A stretch of DNA of 44,066 bases from positions 1-44,066 of the forward strand of contig JBNJHL010000004.1 of assembly GCA_051748445.1 (NCBI GenBank). The letters are read 5' to 3'. How positions within the stretch are numbered: the stretch's first letter is position 1; each line of letters begins with the position of its first letter. Below, one piece after another: positions 1 through 9,126 of the stretch. The notes beneath the pieces were generated by a model, which searched no databases, was not told the DNA's origin, and saw nothing but the letters and a program-made list of their open reading frames with translations. The DNA comes from Bacillota bacterium. Its GTDB lineage: Bacteria > Bacillota > Dethiobacteria > DTU022. Position numbers and translations under genes: made by a program.

Positions 1-942
1 CCTGAAGCCGTGCATGTCCGACAGGCAATGGCAAATCTAATCAGGAAAAACATACCTTACAATCTGGAATTCGATATAATTACCAAAGACAACTCCGAAC
101 ACCGGACCATAACTTCTCTTGCTGAAGTCGAGAGGGATGAAACAGGCAATGCACTGAGAGTTCATGGAATAATACAGGATATTACCGATCGAAAACGGGC
201 TGATGAGGCACTCCGTGCCTTCAATGATGAGCTGGAAGAGCGGGTCAGGGAACGCACTGTCCAGTTGGAAGCGGCTAACCGTGAACTTGATGCTTTTACC
301 CATTCTGCATCTCACGACTTACGCAGTCCGCTGAACAGAATCAGCGGCTTTAGCAATGCCCTGCTTGAGGATTGTTCCGATCAGCTCGATCCACAGAGCC
401 GGGATTACCTGCAGAGGATTAACAGCTCGTGTGAACACATGAAACTTCTGATTGATGATCTGCTTAAGCTTTCCAGGGTTTCGCAAATGCAGGTTAGCCG
501 CGAGCCCGTGGAGCTGAGTGTGCTGGCCAATATTTACCTGAAAGAGCTTATGGACAGTGAACCAAACCGCCAGGCTGAAATAGTAAATACCCCCGGCCTG
601 GTGGTTGAAGGCGATACTGCTCTTTTGCGCATTGCCCTGGAAAATTTGCTGGGCAACGCCTGGAAATATACCGGTGGCAAAGAAAAAGCCCGGATAGAAT
701 TCGGCAGCATGGTTCAGGATGAGAAAGAAGTTTACTATATCCGTGATAATGGCACCGGTTTCGACATGAAGCATGCTGAAAAAATATTTACCGCTTTCCA
801 GCGCCTGCATGACAGCAAGAAATACCCCGGCACCGGTATCGGTTTAAGCATCGTCTCACGGATCATTTCCCGTCACGGCGGTGAAATCTGGGCCGAGGGG
901 GAACCGGGTAAAGGAGCCTGTTTCTTTTTCACACTTTCCTGA
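1..942 (+). CDS. PAS-domain sensor histidine kinase (HisKA + HATPase_c), 5'-truncated by the window edge
   Basis: Frame open from base 1. PAC-like end (GIIQDITDRK), H-box (SASHDLRSPL), N-box (ENLLGNAWKY), G1 (DNGTGF), F-box and G2 (GTGIGL). Confidence 0.93.
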   Translation, partial: PEAVHVRQAMANLIRKNIPYNLEFDIITKDNSEHRTITSLAEVERDETGNALRVHGIIQDITDRKRADEALRAFNDELEERVRERTVQLEAANRELDAFTHSASHDLRSPLNRISGFSNALLEDCSDQLDPQSRDYLQRINSSCEHMKLLIDDLLKLSRVSQMQVSREPVELSVLANIYLKELMDSEPNRQAEIVNTPGLVVEGDTALLRIALENLLGNAWKYTGGKEKARIEFGSMVQDEKEVYYIRDNGTGFDMKHAEKIFTAFQRLHDSKKYPGTGIGLSIVSRIISRHGGEIWAEGEPGKGACFFFTLS

Positions 943-1206
943 ACATACTACAAACATTATCAGATCCTGCCAGTTTGCCTGAACAAGTCCTCAAATATTA
1001 CGAGAATTACAACGCTATTATTTATCTGCTTTACTTTTAACCATCACTATCTAACGCAGTGATATGCTTAACTTTTTGTCCTTATGCAAAAGTACTCAAG
1101 TAATTAAATATTTAGCAGGTAAATGATTAAAGGTTTTATAAATGCCCGCTGGATTAAATGCCGGCCAGGGTTTATACTATGCTATAGCGATTAGCGAGGA
1201 AGGCAG

Positions 1207-3384
1207 GTGCCAAACCACAAAATGCAGGAACAAATATACCAGCGGCTGAGCAAAGAACTGAGCATCTCTGAAGATAAAGTTGTCCAGACAGCAAAACTCC
1301 TTGATGAAGGGAATACCGTTCCCTTTGTTGCCCGTTATCGCAAGGAAATGACCGGTGGGTTGAGCGACGAGGATGTCCGCCTGCTGCAGGAGAAACTTGG
1401 CCAGTACCGCAACCTGGAACAGCGTAGGGAGGAAGTAATTCGGCTGATCGATGCCCAGGAAGCTTTAACTCCAGAGCTGCTAAAGCAGTTGGAGATGGCT
1501 GCAACGGTAACCGAGCTTGACGACCTTTACCGGCCTTTTCGTCCCAAAAAGCGGACCAGGGCCTCGGTTGCCCGCGAAAAAGGTCTTGAACCCCTTGCCC
1601 TGGCTATCCTTGACGGTTCAATAGAGCCCGAAAACGAAGCCGGGCAGTACCTGGATCCTGAAAACGAACTGGTTGACAGCAAGATAGTGCTGCAGGGGGC
1701 ATCCGATATTATTGCTGAGATCATTTCAGATGATGCCGCCGTCAGGAAGAGCCTGCGCCAGCTTTACAACAGGATAGCTAAAGTTAAAGTGGGCAAGAAA
1801 AAAGACCAGGAAGTTAATACTTACAATGATTATGACGGTTACAGCGAACCGCTGTCTAAAATAAAATCCCACCGGGTCCTGGCTATTAACCGCGGGGTCA
1901 AGGAAAAAGTGCTTGACTATAAAGTGATGATCCCTGAAGAAAAAGTACTGCCGGTAATTACGGCAAAATATCTCACTGAAGAAATAAACGAACCCTGCCG
2001 GGAATTCATCAGTATCGCTGCCCAGGACAGCTTCAGGCGCTTAATTCATCCTTCCCTGGAGCGGGAAGTATGGCTTAATCTACTTGAAAAAGCGGTCGAG
2101 GGAGCGATGGTCGTTTTCAAGGAAAATCTTAAAAAGCGGCTGCTCGTCCCGCCGGCCCGGCAGCGCCGCGTTCTGGGGTGGGATCCCGGCTTCCGCACCG
2201 GCTGCAAACTGGCCGCCGTATCTGAAACGGGAGAGCTGCTGGAAACGGCCGCGGTTTTCCCCACTGCACCCCGTAATGATGAAAAAGGTACTGCTGTTAA
2301 GGTTCTCAAAATGCTGGAAGAATATAAACTTGACTGCATAGCTATCGGTAACGGAACCGCTTCACGGGAGAGCGAGCAATTTGTGGCTAAGCTGATTAAG
2401 GAGCAAAGTCTGGAAGTGGAATATACCATAGTTAATGAAGCCGGGGCTTCTGTTTACTCTGCTTCTAAAACTGCCCAGAAAGAATTTCCCGAGCTTGATG
2501 TAGCCGAGCGCAGCGCTGTATCAATCGCCCGTCGCCTGCAGGATCCCCTGGCAGAACTGGTCAAGATTGACCCGAAAGCGATCGGTGTTGGTCAATACCA
2601 GCATGATATGCCGGCTAAAGAACTTGATCTGGCTTTGCAGGGCACGGTGGAGGACTGTGTTAATAGCGTAGGGGTCGATCTAAACAGCGCTTCAGCCGCT
2701 CTGTTGGCCTACGTGGCCGGGGTCAACAGTACCGTGGCGGGGCGGATAGTTGACTATCGTAACAGTAATTGTTCCATTGGAGCGCGCAGTGAACTGCTGG
2801 AAGTTAGCGGGCTGGGGCCAAAAGTATTTAAACAGTGTGCCGGCTTCCTGCGCCTGCCAGGCAGCGATGACTACCTGGAAAGAAGTGCTGTCCACCCGGA
2901 ATCCTACAAACTGGCCGGGCAAATCATGACGGAGCTTAAACTAGAGCCGGAAAACCTGGGGTGCGATGAATTTGTTCCTGCTCTAAGCGATGGCGAGATA
3001 AAGTCCCTGGCTGAAAAACTGCAGGCAGGAGAACCAACTGTGCGGGATATTTTAGGCGAATTTCGCAAACCCGGGCGCGACCCCCGTGAAGATCTGCCGA
3101 AACCGGTCTTTACCCAGTCGGTGACCGAGCTTGATGATCTCGAACCTGGCATGACCCTGATGGGAATAGTACGCAACATAGTTGACTTCGGGGCCTTTGT
3201 TGATATCGGGGTACACCATGATGGCCTGGTTCATATTTCAGAGATATCCGATAAATATGTCAAGCATCCCCTGGAAGTGCTGCAGATTGAATCGGTTGTG
3301 CAGGTGAAAATTCTTTCCATTGACCGCGATCGTAACCGCATCGGCCTTTCCATCAAACAGGCAAAGCAGGAAGAAAACAGTTAG
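1207..3384 (+). CDS. tex: Tex/YhgF family RNA-binding transcriptional accessory protein
   Basis: Motifs LLDEGNTVPFVARYRKEMTG, YqgF-like DPGFRTGCK, NEAGASVYSAS, RRLQDPLAELVKIDPK and a C-terminal S1 domain (FGAFVDIGVHHDGLVHISE). RBS GAGGAAGG upstream of the GTG. Confidence 0.96.
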   Translation: MPNHKMQEQIYQRLSKELSISEDKVVQTAKLLDEGNTVPFVARYRKEMTGGLSDEDVRLLQEKLGQYRNLEQRREEVIRLIDAQEALTPELLKQLEMAATVTELDDLYRPFRPKKRTRASVAREKGLEPLALAILDGSIEPENEAGQYLDPENELVDSKIVLQGASDIIAEIISDDAAVRKSLRQLYNRIAKVKVGKKKDQEVNTYNDYDGYSEPLSKIKSHRVLAINRGVKEKVLDYKVMIPEEKVLPVITAKYLTEEINEPCREFISIAAQDSFRRLIHPSLEREVWLNLLEKAVEGAMVVFKENLKKRLLVPPARQRRVLGWDPGFRTGCKLAAVSETGELLETAAVFPTAPRNDEKGTAVKVLKMLEEYKLDCIAIGNGTASRESEQFVAKLIKEQSLEVEYTIVNEAGASVYSASKTAQKEFPELDVAERSAVSIARRLQDPLAELVKIDPKAIGVGQYQHDMPAKELDLALQGTVEDCVNSVGVDLNSASAALLAYVAGVNSTVAGRIVDYRNSNCSIGARSELLEVSGLGPKVFKQCAGFLRLPGSDDYLERSAVHPESYKLAGQIMTELKLEPENLGCDEFVPALSDGEIKSLAEKLQAGEPTVRDILGEFRKPGRDPREDLPKPVFTQSVTELDDLEPGMTLMGIVRNIVDFGAFVDIGVHHDGLVHISEISDKYVKHPLEVLQIESVVQVKILSIDRDRNRIGLSIKQAKQEENS

Positions 3385-3530
3385 CAGTGCAGCGATAACA
3401 GGCAAGCAAGAGAACCAGTGCAAGTATGAACATATCAATAAAAACAATAGTGCATTTAATGCTTGCTGTCTCCAATTTTGTTTGTATTATCTGATCATTT
3501 TTTATAGAATGTTAAAAAGGGGATGGTTAG

Positions 3531-4802
3531 ATGAAAGCACGTAAGTTTTCACTGGCGATAACCGGTTTGCTGCTGCTGACTTTTGTTTTCTGGGCAGTCG
3601 GGACTGATTATTCAACTTTCGAATACAATTATCTAAGGCAGATAGGCTTGCTTTTAGCAGCCCTGGGGCTGGTCATGTTATTCATACAGTTTGTGCTGGC
3701 CTCCCGGATTAAACGGATTGAAACAGGACTTGGCCTGGACCGGATGTTCAGGTGGCACCGTTTTTTCGGGCGGGCAGGACTGGCTGCTTTGACCGGCCAC
3801 GCGATTTTGATTGTCACCTATCGGATCACTGCATTTGGTGAGCTTTTTCCCACAACCTTCATCTGGATCGGCTTAGTGGTGCTACTTGGTTTTATGATCA
3901 CCGCCTCCCTGGCCTCGACATACAGGATCATTGGCCTGGCATATGAAATCTGGCGCAATATTCACCTTTTAAACTATCTGCTTTTTCCACTCGCCTTAAT
4001 TCATGTATTTTATCATACGACCGGGGGCTCAGCTCTTTACTATCTCTGGGTTCTGCTGGCGTTCTTGTATACAGGAATAATTATTTACCGTATCTACTGT
4101 ATTGTAACTATCAGGTTTAACCCTTACGAAGTAACTGCCGTAAGAGAGGAAGCCAAAGATATCTGGACCCTGGAGTTTTCAGGAAAAAAATTAGATTTTT
4201 TACCGGGACAGTTTATGTTCGTCCAGCTCCTGCGCAGCGGCAAACTATCCTCGGCCCATCCTTTTACAATTTCGAACAGCCCCACCCGCGAAAACCTTTC
4301 AATTACTCCAAAAAAACTTGGAGATTTTACCCTATCTATTAAAGACACCAGGGTGGGGGATAAAGCATTTATCGATGCTGCGTATGGTGTTTTCAGCTTC
4401 CTGAACTACCGGCATGAAGAGCTGGTCTTCATTGCCGGCGGTATCGGGATTACCCCCTTTATCAGTATGCTTCGCTATATCAGGGATAAAATGCCGGATC
4501 AGAAAGTGACTCTTTTCTGGATAAACCGCAACGAAAACTATCTCTGCTTTAGAGATGAACTTGAGGAACTGGAATGCGAGCTGGACAATTTCAGGTTAGT
4601 CATAATTATGAGCGATCAGCCGGACTGGGAAGGTGAAAAAGGACATTTGAATGCAGCAATGATCCAGGGATACTTAGAAAGTTTTGACAACAAGGAGTTC
4701 TTTGTATGCGGCCCTCCGGATATGACTGCCACCATAATCTTTGAATTGAAAGAGCGGCAGGTTCCACCGGCCAGGATCCACAGTGAACTTTTCAGGCTAT
4801 AG
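3531..4802 (+). CDS. Ferric-reductase-like membrane domain fused to an FNR-type FAD/NAD(P) oxidoreductase
   Basis: N-terminal TM helices with spaced His residues (RWHR, GHA, NIHL, IHV), then FLPGQF, HPFTIS, GDFT, AGGIGITPF and FVCGP. Confidence 0.88.
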   Translation: MKARKFSLAITGLLLLTFVFWAVGTDYSTFEYNYLRQIGLLLAALGLVMLFIQFVLASRIKRIETGLGLDRMFRWHRFFGRAGLAALTGHAILIVTYRITAFGELFPTTFIWIGLVVLLGFMITASLASTYRIIGLAYEIWRNIHLLNYLLFPLALIHVFYHTTGGSALYYLWVLLAFLYTGIIIYRIYCIVTIRFNPYEVTAVREEAKDIWTLEFSGKKLDFLPGQFMFVQLLRSGKLSSAHPFTISNSPTRENLSITPKKLGDFTLSIKDTRVGDKAFIDAAYGVFSFLNYRHEELVFIAGGIGITPFISMLRYIRDKMPDQKVTLFWINRNENYLCFRDELEELECELDNFRLVIIMSDQPDWEGEKGHLNAAMIQGYLESFDNKEFFVCGPPDMTATIIFELKERQVPPARIHSELFRL

Positions 4803-4834
4803 GTTTATAACTAAAAGGAAGGAACCAATGTAAA

Positions 4835-5105
4835 TTGCAAACAATACTTTATAACGGTAAAGTAAAAACCATGGATTTTAGTGATAATAACTGATATGAA
4901 CAATATGAAGCTGTAGCCGTAAAAGACGGCTTGATTGCTGCCTTGCGCAGTAGCGAGGAGAACCTGGGCCATGAAAACGGGCCAGAGTGAATTAATTGAC
5001 TTAAAGGGGCGCAGCATGCTGCCCGGTTTTAATGACTGTCACCTGTATTTAGTCGGTCATGCCCTGACCATGACAAAAGTTAACCTGAGGGTTTTTTACT
5101 GGTAA
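4835..5105 (+). pseudogene. N-terminal relic of a YtcJ-like (Amidohydro_3) amidohydrolase
   Basis: Manual translation: TTG at 4835 after AAGGAAGG gives LQTILYNGKVKTMD, an in-frame TGA at 4892, then EAVAVKDGLIAA. After a frameshift it reads SELIDLKGRSMLPGFNDCHLYL...KVNLR, matching the IDLxGxxxxPGFxDxHxH signature with the second His changed to Tyr. The rest of the gene is missing. Confidence 0.8.
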
Positions 5106-5136
5106 TACTGTTTTTCAAAGATAAGGAGTCGTTGCT

Positions 5137-6198
5137 ATGTATAACATACTGGCGATAAATCCCGGTTCCACATCAACAAAAATTGGCCTTTTTAAAGATG
5201 GTGAAGCTGTATTTAAAGAAACCCTGAGACACAGCCTTGAAGAAACATCGGCCGAGCTGTCTCGCGAGGAGCAGGCTCTTTTTCGCCGTGAAGCCGTGGT
5301 TGAACTATTGCAGCAGAAAAATTTTGATCAAGGGGAACTGTCGGCCCTGGTAGTACGGGGCGGACTTTTAAAACCGCTGGCTTCCGGCACCTACCTGGTC
5401 GATGATAACGTTTATGAAGATTTGCTCGAAGCTAAATATGGCTGGCACGCTTCAAACCTGGGGACAATTATAGCCCTGCCCCTGGCCCGCAAACTTGGCA
5501 TTCCCGTATATACAGTTGACCCGGTCACTGTTGATGAATTTGAGCCACTGGCTCGCTATTCCGGGCTTAAGGGGGTGCCCCGTCTCAGTATGTCCCATGC
5601 CCTGAATATGAAAGCGATGGCCAGGCGCGCAGCGGCAGAAGTCGGGAAGAACTATGAAAATCTTAACCTGGTTGTTGTTCACCTGGGTAGCGGAATCTCT
5701 GTCTCTGCCCATCGTCAGGGCAATATGATTGATGTTAACAATGCCAATGAAGAAGGACCCTTTTCCCTGGAGCGCTGTGGCACAATGCCGGCCCTCGGCC
5801 TGGTTCGCCTTTGTTACAGCGGAAAATTAAGCCAGGAGGAAGCAATAAAACTGCTGACTTCGCAGGGTGGAATATATTCTTATCTCGGTACAAAAGATTT
5901 CAGTGAAGTGGAAGAATCAGTAAAAGAAGGCGATGAAGAGGTAACGGAAATAGTTGAGGCGATGGCTTACCAGGTTTCCAAGGAAATCGGGGCCATGGCC
6001 GCAGTGCTTGACGGAAAGGTCGATTATATTGTGCTGACCGGGGGAATGGCCCATGCAGAAAATTTTGTGCGTATGATTGATAAGAAAGTTTCTTTTATAG
6101 CGCCCGTATCGGTAATCCCGGGAGAAGAAGAGCTTGAAGCCCTGGCCGCCGGCGCACTGCGCGTTTTACGCAAGGAGACGGAAGCGCTGATTTACTGA
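5137..6198 (+). CDS. buk: Butyrate (branched-chain carboxylate) kinase
   Basis: Motifs ILAINPGSTSTKI, RGGLL, HASNLG, SHALN, VHLGSGISV and LTGGMAH. RBS AAGGAG. Confidence 0.95.
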   Translation: MYNILAINPGSTSTKIGLFKDGEAVFKETLRHSLEETSAELSREEQALFRREAVVELLQQKNFDQGELSALVVRGGLLKPLASGTYLVDDNVYEDLLEAKYGWHASNLGTIIALPLARKLGIPVYTVDPVTVDEFEPLARYSGLKGVPRLSMSHALNMKAMARRAAAEVGKNYENLNLVVVHLGSGISVSAHRQGNMIDVNNANEEGPFSLERCGTMPALGLVRLCYSGKLSQEEAIKLLTSQGGIYSYLGTKDFSEVEESVKEGDEEVTEIVEAMAYQVSKEIGAMAAVLDGKVDYIVLTGGMAHAENFVRMIDKKVSFIAPVSVIPGEEELEALAAGALRVLRKETEALIY

Positions 6199-6237
6199 AA
6201 ACTTTAAGCTACTTATATAGCGGGAGGTTGATCAAAG

Positions 6238-7152
6238 GTGGCATTTGAAAACTTTTACCAGGTCATATCGGCTGTTAAGGAACTGCCCCCCTGCAAGCTC
6301 TGTGTTGCTTCGGCGGCAGAAGAATCGGTTTTGGAAGCGGTCAGAGACAGCCGTAAAGAAGGATTGGTTGATTTTGTCTTAATTGGCCATGAAGAGCAGA
6401 TCTGGCGCCAGGCCATGACTGTCAGCCTGAATCTGCAGGGCATTGAGATTATTGATATTGCTGATCCTATCGAGGCTACGCATCGGGCGGTAAAGGAAGT
6501 TGCTGCCGGCAGGGCCGATATATTGATGAAAGGGATGGTTAACAGCTCTGATTTCCTGAGGGCGATGTTGAACCCGGATGGAGGTATGCGCAGGGAGCGC
6601 ATCTTGAGTCACTTTGCTATCTACGAGGTGCCTGGCTATTACCGCTTGGTTTACATGACCGACGGTGGGCTTAATGTTAGCCCGAACCTGGAGCAAAAAA
6701 AGGCAATTTTACTTAATGCAGTCGAATTTCTGCAATCAATTGGTATCAACCATCCCAAGGTTGCCATACTGGCAGCCAATGAGAAAGTAGACCCGAAGAT
6801 ACCGGCTACGGTTGAAGCCCGGGAATTAAAAGAAATTGCAGGTGAAGCTTTCCCCGAGGCAATCGTAGATGGACCTACCCCGCTCGATATTGCGGTAAGC
6901 TATGAATCCGCTCTCCACAAGGGGATAGACAGTCCAATTGCCGGCAAGGCCGACCTTTTAATGGTGCCAAATATTGAATCGGGCAATATCCTGGGCAAGG
7001 CGATCATTTATTTTGCCGGAGGGCGGATGGGTGGCCTGGTTCTTGGGGCCAGTCGGCCGGCGATCCTGACTTCCCGTAATGAACCGCCAATGGGCAAGAT
7101 GGCATCAATTGCCCTGGCTGCTTATTCAGTGGCTCGCAATAGAAAGGACTGA
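6238..7152 (+). CDS. ptb: Phosphate butyryltransferase (PTA/PTB family)
   Basis: Motifs ADILMKG, ILSH, TDGGLN, PKVAILAANEKV, ADLLMVPNIESGNILGK and ILTSR. Directly follows buk. Confidence 0.9.
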   Translation: MAFENFYQVISAVKELPPCKLCVASAAEESVLEAVRDSRKEGLVDFVLIGHEEQIWRQAMTVSLNLQGIEIIDIADPIEATHRAVKEVAAGRADILMKGMVNSSDFLRAMLNPDGGMRRERILSHFAIYEVPGYYRLVYMTDGGLNVSPNLEQKKAILLNAVEFLQSIGINHPKVAILAANEKVDPKIPATVEARELKEIAGEAFPEAIVDGPTPLDIAVSYESALHKGIDSPIAGKADLLMVPNIESGNILGKAIIYFAGGRMGGLVLGASRPAILTSRNEPPMGKMASIALAAYSVARNRKD

Positions 7153-7154
7153 TC

Positions 7155-7985
7155 ATAGTTAAAAGCATTACTGCTCTTGGTAGACCGGTAGATTTAGCCT
7201 ATCCGACCAACCGGTTAATTGTTATTATATCTGTCACGGTGTTTGCTGTATATTTTGCTTACCTGCTTGTTACAGCTGTTCCGGCAGCAGCAGCCCTGGC
7301 GGAAGCCTTTGGTGCCGGTATTGCCCTGTTTTTAAGCTGGGCACTCGGGCGGGAAATAGATCCGGTTTATCAATGGTCTGCTTTTTATGCCCAGCCTTTT
7401 GTTCTTGCCGCTTCACTTTACTACGGGGCCCCCGCATTGCTGAACCTTTTTTTTATCCTGCTGATCATGCGGTTTTTAAACAGAAGCACCGGCCTGCGCC
7501 CTACTGTTTTAGATGCCTTAATGCTGATTTTATTAGGAGCCGTGCTTTATTATAACGGAGTTTACAGCGGACTGCCATTGCTTCTACTTGTACTGGTAAG
7601 CGACTATGTCATGGAGCCCGTCAAGAGCAAGCTGGTTACTTTTATTTTGCCAGCGGTTTTTGTTTCAGCGCTTAGTTTTTACTTTTTTAATGATTTGGTT
7701 TTCGACATAACCGGTCTTTCTGCCCGGGCTGGTTTTTTAATTTTTATACTGGTGATTTTCTTGATTTATGTTATTATTGCAACAGGTAAAGTTAGTGTGG
7801 CCGGTGACAATAAAGATGTTCAGCCGGATACCAGGCGAATTAATCTGGCCCGTCTTTTTGCGGTCCTTTTTATTGCCACTGAAGTAATGCTAAAAGGCGA
7901 GCTTGCATTTGTCATGTTTTATCCGGCTGTTTTAGCCGTGGCAGGTTCAGCCCTGTATCACCTCATCCAAAAAATAAAATCGTAA
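7155..7985 (+). CDS. Multi-pass membrane hypothetical protein; start uncertain (non-canonical ATA at 7155 or CTG at 7149; first canonical GTG at 7239)
   Basis: Hydrophobic ORF, frame open from 7143. The only RBS-like sequence (AGAAAGGA, 7141-7148) precedes ATA at 7155. The upstream peptide ALGRPVDLAY resembles the internal ALGREIDPVY. Confidence 0.7.
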   Translation: MVKSITALGRPVDLAYPTNRLIVIISVTVFAVYFAYLLVTAVPAAAALAEAFGAGIALFLSWALGREIDPVYQWSAFYAQPFVLAASLYYGAPALLNLFFILLIMRFLNRSTGLRPTVLDALMLILLGAVLYYNGVYSGLPLLLLVLVSDYVMEPVKSKLVTFILPAVFVSALSFYFFNDLVFDITGLSARAGFLIFILVIFLIYVIIATGKVSVAGDNKDVQPDTRRINLARLFAVLFIATEVMLKGELAFVMFYPAVLAVAGSALYHLIQKIKS

Positions 7986-8020
7986 CTGCATAGCCTTCTG
8001 TAAAAGCTGAAACAATTATG

Positions 8021-8054
8021 AAGTGCCGGCATGAAAATGCCGGTGAAGCGAGGC
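8021..8054 (+). repeat. Degenerate partial copy of the MITE-like element at 13969-14189
   Basis: aagtgccggcatgaaaatgccggtgaagcgaggc matches the element's minus strand (aagtgcaggcatggaagtgccggtgaagcaaggc) at 30/34 by manual alignment. Confidence 0.7.
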
Positions 8055-8088
8055 TGGTGCAGTAAAAAAACATTAACAAGGTGATCTT

Positions 8089-9015
8089 GTGAGAGGCCTA
8101 AAATTATTACTGGTATTAATAATTTTCATGATCCTGATCTCGGTCGGCTGGGCTTACCAGGCTGGAGTCAGTGCAAACTGGACTATTTTCAACCAGGGGT
8201 ACTATGAACAGGTAATGGCTGAAACTAACCTCAGCGCCAGTATCCATGAGCATCTGCAGGAAATAATTCTTGAAGAAATGTCTGATGAGATGCCTGATCA
8301 CATGGCCGCTGTGGTTACCAGAGTTTTGCTGATAGTCTTTAACGAAGAGTGGTTTGAAGAGCAGACCATAATAATTACAAATGACTTTGTTCGCTATGTT
8401 ACCGGTGAACAGGAATCACTCCAGGCAGTAATTGATTTGCGTGATGAGAAAGAGCAGTTAAGCAGCAACCTGGAAAATGCGCTCTCTGTCATTCCTGATC
8501 AGATTTTGCAAATATTTGGCTTTGATCCGCAAGAATTAAAACCTTTAGCCGGATCTTTAGTTGAGGAAATGCCTCTGCCTGATCGCCTTCCAGTAGAACA
8601 GGTTTTAATGGAGCATGAAGCCGGGAGAGAGCTGCTTGAACTGTTGAGTTTGGCCCGCCAGTTTTGCAGGGTTTATCGTTACCTGACTGCCGCTGTTTTT
8701 ATTACCGGCCTGCTTCTGCTATATTTCCTGGCCGGGCCTTTTGGCGCCTTGAAGTGGTTTGGTACGGCAGCCTTGCTCTCAGGTATCAGCTTTTACCTGG
8801 CACTTAAGGGATGGGATGTTATCATCCCGGTAATGCTTGAGATGGGCTTAATCAGTGGCGATCTTTTTGCTACAAATGCTTTTTATGATGTTTTTGGTTA
8901 CAGTGTGCAGTTAATTATAAGTGTGCCCTTCTATTATGGTCTTTTTGGGCTTGCTGTTCTGGTTTCTGGCGCTGCCGCCGGCAGGTTCATTTCCCGTAAA
9001 GACCAAGCCAGGTAA
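8089..9015 (+). CDS. Hypothetical membrane protein (N-terminal anchor, acidic helical ectodomain, three C-terminal TM helices)
   Basis: 308-aa ORF with RBS AAGGTGA and a clear hydropathy pattern; no recognised motif. Confidence 0.75.
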   Translation: MRGLKLLLVLIIFMILISVGWAYQAGVSANWTIFNQGYYEQVMAETNLSASIHEHLQEIILEEMSDEMPDHMAAVVTRVLLIVFNEEWFEEQTIIITNDFVRYVTGEQESLQAVIDLRDEKEQLSSNLENALSVIPDQILQIFGFDPQELKPLAGSLVEEMPLPDRLPVEQVLMEHEAGRELLELLSLARQFCRVYRYLTAAVFITGLLLLYFLAGPFGALKWFGTAALLSGISFYLALKGWDVIIPVMLEMGLISGDLFATNAFYDVFGYSVQLIISVPFYYGLFGLAVLVSGAAAGRFISRKDQAR

Positions 9016-9077
9016 GTAATCCCCTGCTTTTAAGTATTATAGATTTTTTTGCTGTGGACCTATTCCTGGCCGGCTTA

Positions 9078-9114
9078 TGTTATAATCAGGAAAACCGACC
9101 GACCGGTCGGCCGG
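9078..9114 (+). promoter_or_regulatory. Extended -10 promoter followed by a palindromic, probably TetR-family operator
   Basis: TGtTATAAT at 9078-9086. CCGACCGACCGGTCGGCCGG at 9095-9114 has a perfect 12-bp core (9099-9110) and abuts the RBS. A TetR gene follows the RND gene. Confidence 0.7.
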
Positions 9115-9126
9115 AGGTAAATCTGT

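Noticed and set aside
4892-4894. Selenocysteine codon in the amidohydrolase fragment
   Set aside because: It is not at a Cys position, has no SECIS-like hairpin, and comes with a frameshift and truncation.
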